A stretch of DNA of 32,000 nt. Source: Candidatus Saccharimonadota bacterium. GTDB taxonomy: Archaea; Nanohalarchaeota; Nanosalinia; Nanosalinales; Nanosalinaceae. The stretch covers positions 570,001 to 602,000 of the forward strand of contig NZ_CP107255.1 in assembly GCF_029232205.1 (NCBI RefSeq), read 5' to 3'. The position numbers were made by a program, and so were the translations under genes. Below the pieces are notes generated by a model. That model was not told where the DNA came from. It saw only the letters and a list, made by a program, of their open reading frames with translations, and made no database searches. Below are positions 8,644 to 17,324 of this stretch, piece after piece (the first letter of the stretch is position 1; each line of letters opens with the position of its first letter).

Positions 8644-9135
8644 TTATGATTGGTCGAGGCCTTTCTGTACGTAGTCCCGGAATTTTTTCGGGCCTTCGTA
8701 TCTTTCGCTCATTTCGAAGTATAGTTCTTCGAGTCCTGGTGGGAGGCCTTGTGATGAGTCCATGTTTCCAAGTCCTAGGTATAGGTCTCCAATCAGCATT
8801 TCTCTTAGTGAGGAGTTTTTCTCGTGTTTGAGGTATGATTTCATGTAGCCTTTGAGGAATTTTTCGAAGGCGACTGGCGTGTTGAGTTCTTCTAGTTCTT
8901 CTTCCCAGTATTCGTAGAATTTGTCGATTAGTGCGTCGAAGTCTACTTTGTATTCTTCAGGGTCTGAGTCTTTTACTACCTGTAGTAGGCCTTGTTCGGA
9001 GGCTTTGAGCATTACTTGTTCTGCGTCTTCGTCGTTGAGGTCGTGCTGGAGTTCCATCTGCACGCTGTAGCTTTTGTCGTCTAGGTATGTGTATCGGAAT
9101 ACCTGGTAGGCGAGCACTGAGTTGTCTAGGTCCAT
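8644..9135 (-). CDS. hypothetical acidic protein (163 aa)
   Basis: First gene of the four-gene minus-strand operon, with a 1-nt gap to the next gene. TATA-like gtttttaacc (read on the minus strand, 9158-9167) lies about 27 nt upstream of the ATG. Confidence 0.6.
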   Translation of the reverse strand: MDLDNSVLAYQVFRYTYLDDKSYSVQMELQHDLNDEDAEQVMLKASEQGLLQVVKDSDPEEYKVDFDALIDKFYEYWEEELEELNTPVAFEKFLKGYMKSYLKHEKNSSLREMLIGDLYLGLGNMDSSQGLPPGLEELYFEMSERYEGPKKFRDYVQKGLDQS

Positions 9136-9216
9136 AAGTTATTGTGTGTACTTCTTGGTTAAAAACTGTCGTAGAGGCATGTGACTTATTAATCACGAGG
9201 CCCTCAAACTTTATTC

Positions 9217-9984
9217 ATGGATGTTCTGATTGCTGGAAAAGGTTTCATCGGTAAAAGTATCGGTGAAAGGCTTTCCAGCGAAGGCCATACCGTTAAGTAC
9301 CTTGACAGAACTGATGGAGATTACCATATTGATATCTGCAAGGAGTTCGGTATTGACAGGAGTTTTGACGTTATTTATCACTGTATTGGCCTTGCTCCAG
9401 GTTTTTACACGGAGAGAAACTACTTTAAGGTCCATGTTGAAGGCACTCGTAACCTGATTAAAGGTGTTGACGCTGATAGAATTGTTTATCTCAGCGCACT
9501 GGGTGCTGGAGAGATTGATCACAGTTATTTCAATACTAAGAAGAAGGCTGAAGAGCTTATTGAGGATTCAGGCCTTGATTATACTATTGTCAGGCCTTCC
9601 ACGGTTCTTGGCCACGGTAATAAAATGCTTGATTCGATGAGAGATATTGCTTTTACCCGTATTTTCCCGAATATCCCTACCCAGATGCAGCCTATAGAGG
9701 GTGATGATCTGGTGGAGATTCTTTATCGTTGTCTTGATGATTACAGCGGGGAAATTCTGGAGGTTGCCGGCGATGAGAAGGTTTCAGTCGGTGAGCTTGC
9801 GAGGGACATCTACAGAGAAGAAGGTTACAGCTGTCATCTTGTTTCATTCCCTGTTTTCATGACCGAGGCCGGTCTACTGGGCCTCAGATTCTTGCCTCCG
9901 CCATTCCTTCCGGAGAACAGGGTTTTGTTAAAAATGGATAATACTCTGGAAGAGAATGATGCGAAAAGAGTTCTTGGAGAATAA
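9217..9984 (+). CDS. NAD(P)-binding Rossmann protein, atypical SDR / NAD-dependent epimerase-dehydratase family (255 aa)
   Basis: N-terminal MDVLIAGKGFIGKSIGERL is a G-x-G-x-x-G dinucleotide-binding motif. YLSALGA, FNTKKKAEELI and IVRPSTVLG are typical of the NmrA/NDUFA9-like extended SDR family. Confidence 0.8.
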   Translation: MDVLIAGKGFIGKSIGERLSSEGHTVKYLDRTDGDYHIDICKEFGIDRSFDVIYHCIGLAPGFYTERNYFKVHVEGTRNLIKGVDADRIVYLSALGAGEIDHSYFNTKKKAEELIEDSGLDYTIVRPSTVLGHGNKMLDSMRDIAFTRIFPNIPTQMQPIEGDDLVEILYRCLDDYSGEILEVAGDEKVSVGELARDIYREEGYSCHLVSFPVFMTEAGLLGLRFLPPPFLPENRVLLKMDNTLEENDAKRVLGE

Positions 9985-9985
9985 C

Positions 9986-10255
9986 TTAATCGGGGTTGAG
10001 GCCTTTTTCCATGCCTACTGCTTTCATGACGTCCTCCATTCTTTGTTCCAGGTAGTCTACTCTGTCTTCTACGTCTCCTACGCCGAATTTAACGAATTTT
10101 TTGACGCAGGCCTTGCAGTATACGTTTCCGTCGAATTTTATTGCTGCATCTCCTAATTTTACTTTTTCAGGGTCTTCAGGCCCGTATTTGGAGGGTTCTT
10201 TTCCCCCCCAGTTGATGAGGTCTCCACAGTTATCGCATTTGACGTCCCAAACCAT
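9986..10255 (-). CDS. small zinc-ribbon protein (89 aa)
   Basis: Two C-x-x-C pairs (CDNC ... CKAC). TATA-like ctttaaatcgg on the minus strand about 30 nt upstream. Acidic C-terminal helix. Confidence 0.6.
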   Translation of the reverse strand: MVWDVKCDNCGDLINWGGKEPSKYGPEDPEKVKLGDAAIKFDGNVYCKACVKKFVKFGVGDVEDRVDYLEQRMEDVMKAVGMEKGLNPD

Positions 10256-10303
10256 AGAAAGAATATGGGTAAGAGGCCGATTTAAAGCCCCTGTACCACG
10301 GTT

Positions 10304-12184
10304 CTAGTTGAGTCTGATTGTTTCAAGGTTCTGAGGTGCAGAAGTGTCAATGTTCAGAATCTTGTGTAGCGAGCTGGCTAGTGAGAAGCATTTTGATTCT
10401 TCTCCGTGGTTTGTGAGGATCTTGTTAGGCGTAGATCTGAGGTTCTTGGAGAAGTTGATGATCTGCTGCCTGTCGCTGTGTGCGGAGAATCCTGATACGG
10501 TGTATGTTGACAGGTTGACATCGACTTTGTCTCCGTTGATGTTGACTTTGTCAGTTCCTTCCTGAATCTTTCTACCTAGGGATCCTTCGAACTGGTATCC
10601 TACGAAGATCAGTGTGTTGTCAGGGTTTGATGCTTCTTCCTGGAGGTATGACATTACTGGGCCTCCTGTGATGGATCCTGATGTTGTGAGGATTATGCAT
10701 GCATCGTCTTCGTACACTTCTTTTCTTTCGTGATGGCTTCCTATTGGTTTTACATTATCCATTAGGAATGGCGAGTCCTCATCGTTTACCTTGTTCTGTA
10801 CTTTCTTGGAGAGGAACTCTGGGTATGCTGTGTGCAGTGCGTTAACGTCGTTGATCATACCGTCGATGTAAACGTTGTAGTCGAAGTAGTCTCTCTGCAT
10901 TTCATCTGCTAGAAGGCCCAGCACCTCCTGGCTTCTACCTACTGCGAATACCGGCACGATGACTTTTCCGCCCTTGTTCAGAGTCTGTTTGACCTTGGAG
11001 AGGAATTTCTTGTTTGACTCTTCCCTTGGCGTCTGCTTGTCGTCGCGGCCTCCGTATGTGGATTCCGTGATCATGGTCTCAACTCTCTGGAAGTTCGTGT
11101 CCGCTGGCCTGAGCATTTCTGTCTGGTCATAGTTGTAGTCTCCTGTGTACAGAAGGTTATGAAGGCCTTCTCCTACGTGGATATGACATAGTGCGCTTCC
11201 GATGATGTGGCCAGAGTTCTTCAGTGTCAACCTCATATCTGGCGTGATATCGGTTACTTCACCGTAGTCCGGTGTGATTGTCCTTTTGACTGCTTTCTTA
11301 ATGTCTGATGAATCGTATGGTGCTTTGGCGTTTTCGCTGTGTGCCAGTCCGATGTAGTCTAGGCACATCATGATCATCAGGTCTCTTGTAGGTTTTGTAC
11401 AGTAAAGTGGGCCATCGTACCCCATTTTGTAGAGGTATGGGATCATTCCTACGTGGTCCATGTGTGCGTGGCTAAGTACTACTGCGTCAAGCTGCTGTAG
11501 ATCAAGCTCTGGCGCGTTGAGGAATGGATAGTTTTCCTTTGATCCTGATTCTGCTGACGGGTTGATTCCTGCGTCCATCAGTACGTTGGATTCCTCTGTC
11601 TGGAGTAGCACGCAGCTTCTTCCAACCTGTCGGAATCCTCCGAGTGCTGAAACTCTGATCCATTCGTCTCCAACTGATTTGTCGAGTCGGATCTTCTTTC
11701 CTACGTCGTGCAGGAACTTCTTTCTGAATTCCGGGTCCTCCACAGTCAGTTCACGGGCCCTGTCAACTACCTTGGAGCTGATAGCAGGCACTCTCTCAAC
11801 CTGTGGAGCCCATAGTGTAGCTTCCTTTATTTTCTGGAGGCCTCTTCCTTTCTTGCCTATGATTGATCCAGGTTTGTGTGTTCTGATTATCATTTTTCCT
11901 AGAGAAGGCTGGAAGATAACATTGTCTATCTCAGCGTTATCTCTTTCGTCAATTAGGTCGTATAGTTTTTCTTCAGCGGCCTCTGGCTTGTTGAAAAGCT
12001 TTGATGAAGGCCTTACTTCTACTCTTTTCTTGAGTTTTGATACTATGTCCTGTATTACATCTGAGTGGTCAAGGAAAAAGTCCTTGCTGTTTGTGTATAC
12101 CACTATGTCTGATGCTTCGAACTTTATGTCGTCTACGTTTGCCTCTGGGGGCAAAAGGTCTTTTACGTCGTTTAATTCTTCCAT
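10304..12184 (-). CDS. fttA: aCPSF1/FttA: KH-domain beta-CASP metallo-beta-lactamase ribonuclease (archaeal transcription termination factor), 626 aa
   Basis: Two N-terminal KH-like segments (GSIIGKKGRGLQKIKE). MBL motif LSHAHMDHVG. Beta-CASP motifs (ESTYGG, GFSAHSD, HGEE). Length and architecture are diagnostic. Confidence 0.95.
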   Translation of the reverse strand: MEELNDVKDLLPPEANVDDIKFEASDIVVYTNSKDFFLDHSDVIQDIVSKLKKRVEVRPSSKLFNKPEAAEEKLYDLIDERDNAEIDNVIFQPSLGKMIIRTHKPGSIIGKKGRGLQKIKEATLWAPQVERVPAISSKVVDRARELTVEDPEFRKKFLHDVGKKIRLDKSVGDEWIRVSALGGFRQVGRSCVLLQTEESNVLMDAGINPSAESGSKENYPFLNAPELDLQQLDAVVLSHAHMDHVGMIPYLYKMGYDGPLYCTKPTRDLMIMMCLDYIGLAHSENAKAPYDSSDIKKAVKRTITPDYGEVTDITPDMRLTLKNSGHIIGSALCHIHVGEGLHNLLYTGDYNYDQTEMLRPADTNFQRVETMITESTYGGRDDKQTPREESNKKFLSKVKQTLNKGGKVIVPVFAVGRSQEVLGLLADEMQRDYFDYNVYIDGMINDVNALHTAYPEFLSKKVQNKVNDEDSPFLMDNVKPIGSHHERKEVYEDDACIILTTSGSITGGPVMSYLQEEASNPDNTLIFVGYQFEGSLGRKIQEGTDKVNINGDKVDVNLSTYTVSGFSAHSDRQQIINFSKNLRSTPNKILTNHGEESKCFSLASSLHKILNIDTSAPQNLETIRLN

Positions 12185-12309
12185 TGTTAATCAAATCCGT
12201 TGGTTGTGTGTAAAATCGCGTATGCAAATTTTCTTTGTGTCAAAAATGTTGTTGAAGATGGTAGAAAAATTGACAGGAGAAGAAAGAAGAGTTTTGAGAG
12301 TTCCTTACT

Positions 12310-12957
12310 TTACTTCAGGACGCTCTCAACTTCTTTCTCATCCAGTACATTGTAGCCGTCCTCTGTGATTTCAGCTACCATGATACCGTTTCCTGATGCC
12401 GTGTCTCTTTCCATTGCGGCCTGTACTGCTCTTGTTGCAAGCTTTCTACCTTCTTCATGGTCAAGTTCATCTTCGAACTTGTCTTCCAGTACTCCGTATG
12501 CCATCTGGCTTCCTGATCCTGTGGCCGTGAATCTTTCGTGTTTCATCAGGCCTCCTGCCGGATCAAGGTCGTAGAGTACTCCTTCGCCATCTTCGATACC
12601 GCCCATGATGAACTGGTTGAAGAATGGCATGGCCTTGTGGCCGTGTAGTATGTTTGAGAGTAGTGTTCCTGCTCCTTTGACGGATAGCTCTTTTGTTTCA
12701 AGCTTGTGCAGGTTTAGCTGGCTTCTCATCATTCTGATGATTTTCTGTGCATCACCTACGCTGCCAGCAATTGTTAGGCCGATCTGATCATCCAGTTTGT
12801 ACACCTTCTTGGCGTATTTGGATGCAGTGAGTCTTCCCATTGAAGCTCTGCGATCTGCCGCCAGAATTACTCCTCTGTCGGTTGTTAGGCCTACTGTAGT
12901 CGTGCCAGTTTTGAATTCGTCCATGTCCTGTTTCGTCTGAACCTGGTTATTTTCCAT
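12310..12957 (-). CDS. psmB: proteasome subunit beta (215 aa)
   Basis: A propeptide is followed by the catalytic G|TTTVGL. Ntn-hydrolase motifs are conserved (ILAADRRAS, GSVGDAQ, TATGSGS). Confidence 0.95.
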   Translation of the reverse strand: MENNQVQTKQDMDEFKTGTTTVGLTTDRGVILAADRRASMGRLTASKYAKKVYKLDDQIGLTIAGSVGDAQKIIRMMRSQLNLHKLETKELSVKGAGTLLSNILHGHKAMPFFNQFIMGGIEDGEGVLYDLDPAGGLMKHERFTATGSGSQMAYGVLEDKFEDELDHEEGRKLATRAVQAAMERDTASGNGIMVAEITEDGYNVLDEKEVESVLK

Positions 12958-13073
12958 TATAAATCAATCCTCCGAGAAAAACTTCCACGGATTAAAACTT
13001 ACTAAGCAAAAATAGCTCTCTTATCTTTAAATAGGTATGTGGAACTCCGGCGCATAGGCCTTGCCAGCAGTAT

Positions 13074-13086
13074 TTTTATAAAAAAT
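13074..13086 (+). promoter_or_regulatory. TATA-like box (tttttataaaaaa) about 26 nt upstream of a tiny ORF at 13106
   Basis: Its spacing from the ATG matches the TATA-like boxes of several confirmed genes in this window. It lies in the largest intergenic gap. Confidence 0.3.
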
Positions 13087-13271
13087 TGTTACGAATACGG
13101 TAGATATGTCTAAGGCAACCAAGGGTGGACGCTTTATTGGCCGACTCGAGAAGGGTGGCCGTGTTCTACAAGAGCGATAATTATTCTGGCCCTAGCCTTG
13201 ACTCTCGAATACTTTCTACTTTTGATCTTGATCAGCTAGCTATTGCTATTATCCTGCTGATTATCCTGATT

Positions 13272-13310
13272 CTGTAGAGCTAGAGCCTCTACAGTGTCTT
13301 TCTGTTTTTG
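13272..13310 (+). terminator. perfect 8-bp hairpin (CTGTAGAG-n7-CTCTACAG) followed by a T-rich tract (tgtctttctgtttttg)
   Basis: The inverted repeat is read directly from the sequence. The T-run resembles an archaeal oligo-T terminator. It lies about 170-200 nt downstream of the TATA-like box at 13074. Confidence 0.25.
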
Positions 13311-13401
13311 AGGTGAACAATTCAATGACACTACAACACACAATTACAACATCACGCGACGCAAAAACGCGATCAAAACCTTTCAATAACTCTAGTTATC
13401 G

Positions 13402-14532
13402 GTGGCCTACGTGGAGCAAGAGCAAAAATCAGTAGATTATCATTTGAGGCCTGCAGAACCTACAGAGCTTGATGCACAGGGGATTGCAGGGGCCTATAAC
13501 TCGGTTTATGAGGACTATCCTTTCGTGGCCTTTACTGATCCTGAGATGGTTCAGGAAGAGGTTATACCGGGCGGTGACAGCGACAACTTCGTGGTTGAAG
13601 TTGATGGCGGCCAGGTAGTTGATGGTAGAGAGATTCCTGAGGATACCGTAGTAGGTACAGGTTCCGTAAAGTATCATCGGGATGGCCATGAGGCCGAGTT
13701 TGGCGGTATTGTTCTTGATCCTGAGTTTCAGGAGATGGATGGTGCGCCTTTCTACCAGGATCTTGTTGATCAGAGGGTTGAGACTGCCAGGGAATCCGGA
13801 GCTGACAGGTATGTTACTCATCCGGTTTCATCTGTTCACGCGAAAACTCAGCATGGTCACGCGAAGAAAGGAGCCGTTCCTGAAGGAGTCAGCATCAACA
13901 AGTATCCTGAGGTTTTCCAGGGAGAAGGCCGCGAGACAGTTGTTCCAATGGTTTATCCTGATGGCAACTTTCAGTATACCGATGGTGATTCCAGAGAGGT
14001 CTACGTGACCGATGAGACTGCTGGCCTTGTCGACAACGTGTTGTCCGGAGTTAATTCTGAGAGGGATGAAACTCTTGCACGGGATCTTGAGGTAGGCCCA
14101 GAAGATGTTGATGTCGATGGATACAGCGTGACTGAGAAAGTTTACGATGATGAAGTTGGCCGTATGGCCAGTTTCCAGGTTGTTCCCGGCGGCAGCAAGT
14201 CTATGGATGAGGCCATGAATGCTATAGATGAGGCTGTTGACGATGATGATGTTCGCTGGGTTGGTGTAGAGTTCGATGCCAACGATGAATCAGCATGGGA
14301 AGTCAGTCAGGCACTTTCGGAAAGAGATTTCACGCCAGAAAGATACAGTCCCGAGGCCATTAACTACGGTGATGATGTCAGCGATGCCATGGGATACCAG
14401 TTCCACAAGGATGGGACTGGAGAGATTCAGTTGATTGATTCAGCAAAAGAAGCCCTGGAAGCTACTGGCACAGAGTTCGATGATAGAGGTCAGGGCCCTG
14501 TTCCGGGAGTGCAGAATGTTTCAGTCAGTTGA
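13402..14532 (+). CDS. hypothetical acidic protein (376 aa), weak GNAT-acetyltransferase-like N-terminal half
   Basis: GTG start. YHLRPAEPTELDAQGIAGAYNSVYEDYP and GTGSVKYHRDGHEAEFGGIVLDPEFQ resemble the GNAT beta4-alphaA region, but the Q/R-x-x-G-x-G/A motif is not clear. The coding call is solid; the function is tentative. Confidence 0.7.
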   Translation: MAYVEQEQKSVDYHLRPAEPTELDAQGIAGAYNSVYEDYPFVAFTDPEMVQEEVIPGGDSDNFVVEVDGGQVVDGREIPEDTVVGTGSVKYHRDGHEAEFGGIVLDPEFQEMDGAPFYQDLVDQRVETARESGADRYVTHPVSSVHAKTQHGHAKKGAVPEGVSINKYPEVFQGEGRETVVPMVYPDGNFQYTDGDSREVYVTDETAGLVDNVLSGVNSERDETLARDLEVGPEDVDVDGYSVTEKVYDDEVGRMASFQVVPGGSKSMDEAMNAIDEAVDDDDVRWVGVEFDANDESAWEVSQALSERDFTPERYSPEAINYGDDVSDAMGYQFHKDGTGEIQLIDSAKEALEATGTEFDDRGQGPVPGVQNVSVS

Positions 14533-14898
14533 TTTCAGGGCCATCAGGCCTTTCAGTTCTCCTTCTTCAATCATGTAGCCGGTATCGGCTACTTCCCCAT
14601 TTCTTATTCTTGCAGCCATTAACTCCTCGCCGTCTTCAAGGGCCTTTCTGATGTATCCCTCGCTAGCTTCAATGCCTCTGAACAGCGGGAATTCTTCTCC
14701 ATTTGCTGCTCCGCCTTCTAGAATCATCTCAATCTCATCTGACGGTATTACACCTATTCCCTCGCCGAGGCCTTCGTATTCAAAAATTACGTATCTTTCA
14801 TCAAGGTCTGAAGTAGTATTGTAGTCTCCGTACAAGGTGTTTGGCGCGGCTTCCTTCGCTCTTTCAAAGATGTTTTCTGCTTTCTTTTGAGGGCTCAT
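14521..14898 (-). CDS. hypothetical acidic protein (125 aa)
   Basis: The ORF converges on the previous gene, with a 12-nt overlap of the 3' ends. Acidic composition. No motif recognised. Confidence 0.55.
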   Translation of the reverse strand: MSPQKKAENIFERAKEAAPNTLYGDYNTTSDLDERYVIFEYEGLGEGIGVIPSDEIEMILEGGAANGEEFPLFRGIEASEGYIRKALEDGEELMAARIRNGEVADTGYMIEEGELKGLMALKSTD

Positions 14899-14950
14899 AC
14901 CGGAGTTTTTGTCGGCCAGAAATTTATCTTTTACGTTGAAGATTCCTAGA

Positions 14951-14958
14951 ATTTAATA
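14951..14958 (+). promoter_or_regulatory. TATA-like box (atttaata) centred about 27 nt upstream of the ATG at 14982
   Basis: AT-rich octamer at the spacing expected for a leaderless archaeal transcript. Confidence 0.35.
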
Positions 14959-14981
14959 CAGTTTATCGTTAATTTTGGTTT

Positions 14982-16070
14982 ATGGCCGACAGACAGGATG
15001 AAATACTGGAGTTGACTAAGGATCTTGTCAGTTTTAAATCGACTAACGATAATCTAGAGGAGATCAACAACTGTCTGAATTTTATTGAGGACTACTTTTC
15101 AGGCCCGGAGTTTGAAGTTTTCCGGCACGAGAGCGAGGGTATTCCTTCGATGGTTGTCACTTTTGGCGAAGAGAATCCTGATCTGATGCTGCACGGCCAT
15201 ATCGATGTGATTGAAGCTCCTGACGAAATGTTTGAGACCAATATAGAGGATGGAAAACTTTACGGTAGAGGTACCGGCGATATGAAGGCCGGTGTAGCCG
15301 CATTAATGCAGGTTATGAAAGATTTGAAGGATGAAAAGCCGAGCGTTGGCCTGATGATTGTTTCAGATGAGGAAGTGGGCGGTTTCAATGGAGCAGGCCA
15401 TCTATTCGGCGAGCATTACAGCCCGGAATTTGCAGTCTCTGCTGAGCCAAACAATATTGAAGGCTACCTGGATATTATAGCCGATCAGAAAGGCATTCTC
15501 CAGTTGAAGGTCTCTACAGAGGGCCTTTCAGCTCATGGGTCGAGGCCTTGGAATGGGGAAAATGCTGCGGAGAGCTTTATGGAGAAATGGCCTGAAATAA
15601 AGAATCTGTTCGAGGATCATCAGGACGGTGAAAAATGGGTTACGACCGTCAATCTTGGAAAGGTTCGGGCTGGCGAGTCAACGAACAAGGTTCCAGAGAA
15701 AGCAGAGGCCTGGCTTGATATCCGTACAGCCAGAGAATATCCTAACGAGGAGGTAATTGAGGATATTAGAGGTATTGAAGGCCTGAGTGTTGATCAGGTA
15801 AATCTTGATGAGTCAATGCTTTCCACAGCTCACGACAATAAATTTATTCAGGCCTTGAAGTCTTCTGCTGAAGGTTTTGAGGATGAGTGCAGGGTTTCTC
15901 GTAAGGAGCCTGGTAGTGATATGAGGTATTTGACTGAGAATGGTATTCCTGCTGTGGTTTTCGGGCCTGAGGGCTACAATGCTCATTCGCCTGATGAGTA
16001 TGCTGTTATCGATAGCTTTGGGGATTACTACAGTATTATGATGGATTTTGTCAGGAAGAATTTTTCCTGA
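14982..16070 (+). CDS. M20-family metallopeptidase / deacylase (ArgE/DapE-like), 362 aa
   Basis: Metal-ligand motifs HGHIDVI, GRGTGDMKAG and SDEEVGG, plus the C-terminal H of the family (NAHSPDEY). Confidence 0.9.
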   Translation: MADRQDEILELTKDLVSFKSTNDNLEEINNCLNFIEDYFSGPEFEVFRHESEGIPSMVVTFGEENPDLMLHGHIDVIEAPDEMFETNIEDGKLYGRGTGDMKAGVAALMQVMKDLKDEKPSVGLMIVSDEEVGGFNGAGHLFGEHYSPEFAVSAEPNNIEGYLDIIADQKGILQLKVSTEGLSAHGSRPWNGENAAESFMEKWPEIKNLFEDHQDGEKWVTTVNLGKVRAGESTNKVPEKAEAWLDIRTAREYPNEEVIEDIRGIEGLSVDQVNLDESMLSTAHDNKFIQALKSSAEGFEDECRVSRKEPGSDMRYLTENGIPAVVFGPEGYNAHSPDEYAVIDSFGDYYSIMMDFVRKNFS

Positions 16071-16082
16071 CTTTTTTCTTCT
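16071..16082 (+). terminator. oligo-T tract (cttttttcttct) immediately after the stop codon
   Basis: Archaeal intrinsic termination typically uses T-runs. The tract starts at the first base after the TGA. Confidence 0.35.
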
Positions 16083-16155
16083 ACCCTTGTTTTGAGTTGT
16101 AATAAAAAGACAGAGCCCTAATTTCGTGTTATAAACGAGGATTTGATTTGTTAAT

Positions 16156-17265
16156 ATGAATTTTTCAGAGCTAGATATTTCAGATAGAACAGTTGATAGA
16201 CTTGCTAAACACGGTATTACTGAGCCTACTGAGGTTCAGCAAAAAGCTATTCCAAAAGTTTTCGAAGGTAAAGACATGCTTGTGGAGTCGGAGACCGGTT
16301 CAGGTAAGACTCTGGCATTTTCGCTTCCGATAATGGAGCAGGTTCACGGTAGTGAGAGTCAGGCCCTTGTGCTTTCTCCTACACGCGAACTAGCCAAGCA
16401 GATTACGCAGGAGATTGATTCCGCTGCTGGAAAACCTGTTGAAACAGTTACTATTTACGGAGGAGTAAGTTATGACCCTCAGGTTGAGGGCGCGAAGACC
16501 GCTAATATTATTGTAGGTACTCCAGGCCGTGTACTTGATTTACTGAGCAGTGGCCAGTTGAAAGTTGATAATCTTGACTTTTTCGTGCTGGATGAGGCCG
16601 ATCGCATGCTTGACATGGGTTTCCAGGACGAGTTAGAGGATATTATCAGTTATCTTCCTGATGAGCGTCAGAATCTTCTTTTCGGGGCCACTATTCCGCG
16701 TTCACTGAAGAAGATGTGTGATCGTTACGATATTGATCCTGAGACTATCAGAATCAAGAAGTCTCAGCATACTAGAAATCTTGATGAGAAGTACGTGAAT
16801 GCAAAGTCGAATAACAAGCTTTCGATGCTTTACACCTTCCTTGAGGACCGCGACCGTGATCTTTCCGTTGTTTTCTGTAAGACCAAGGCCACGACACGTT
16901 GGCTGGCTGACAAGTTGAGGAAGAACGGTATCGATGCGCAGGAATTAAACGGCGATATGAGTCAGAAGCAGAGGGAGAAGACTCTTGAAGAGTTTGCCAA
17001 CGCAGAGATCCGTGTTATTGTAGCTACAGATGTTGCGGCCCGTGGAATCGACGTTGATAGAGTAACTCACGTGTTCAACTACGATGTTCCTGATACCGCC
17101 GATACCTACACTCACAGGATTGGCCGTGCTGGACGTCAGGGCCGTGAAGGAGAGGCAATTACTCTTCTAGAGCCGAAGGATCACGATAAGTTCCGAAGGA
17201 TCAAGAAGAGGAAGAGCATTCCGAGAATTGAAGAGAAACCTAATCTCAAAGATGCCAATGTATAG
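16156..17265 (+). CDS. DEAD-box ATP-dependent RNA helicase (369 aa)
   Basis: Q-motif (PTEVQQKAIP), motif I ETGSGKT, Ia PTRELA, II DEAD, III GAT (a SAT variant), V/VI ARGID and HRIGRAGR. Confidence 0.95.
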   Translation: MNFSELDISDRTVDRLAKHGITEPTEVQQKAIPKVFEGKDMLVESETGSGKTLAFSLPIMEQVHGSESQALVLSPTRELAKQITQEIDSAAGKPVETVTIYGGVSYDPQVEGAKTANIIVGTPGRVLDLLSSGQLKVDNLDFFVLDEADRMLDMGFQDELEDIISYLPDERQNLLFGATIPRSLKKMCDRYDIDPETIRIKKSQHTRNLDEKYVNAKSNNKLSMLYTFLEDRDRDLSVVFCKTKATTRWLADKLRKNGIDAQELNGDMSQKQREKTLEEFANAEIRVIVATDVAARGIDVDRVTHVFNYDVPDTADTYTHRIGRAGRQGREGEAITLLEPKDHDKFRRIKKRKSIPRIEEKPNLKDANV

Positions 17266-17324
17266 TAAATAGGTTTGGAGAGAATCTTTACTCTTCTTTT
17301 CCTCTTCTAGAAAATATCTGTGAG

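Noticed and set aside
11562-12368. Long antisense ORFs. The main one is 268 aa opposite aCPSF1. Others include 815-1183, 6732-7160, 13429-13821, 17602-17994, 22654-22992 and 25223-25660, plus the R-rich alternative-frame ORFs 28438-28797, 28891-29103 and 29338-29598.
   Set aside because: Each is fully nested in, or antisense to, an ORF with recognisable family motifs or the window's typical acidic composition. Their translations are low-complexity, Ser/Leu/Cys/Arg-rich and basic, unlike the rest of the proteome. They are expected shadow frames of skewed-composition coding DNA.
12983-13045. An ORB-like inverted pair next to an AT-rich stretch, considered as a possible replication origin. ACTTCCAC (12981-12988) and GTGGAACT (13039-13046) are each flanked by CCGAG/CCGGAG-type sequence.
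   Set aside because: There is only one imperfect pair (7/8 match), no G-string or multiple ORB copies, and no orc1/cdc6 nearby. Strand composition does not change sign across this gap. It is more likely promoter or operator sequence of the psmB-divergent region, or chance.
14521-14532. A 12-nt convergent overlap of the 3' ends of the 376-aa (+) and 125-aa (-) genes, considered as possible antisense regulation.
   Set aside because: Short convergent overlaps are common in compact genomes, and nothing else (hairpin, conserved motif) marks the site.
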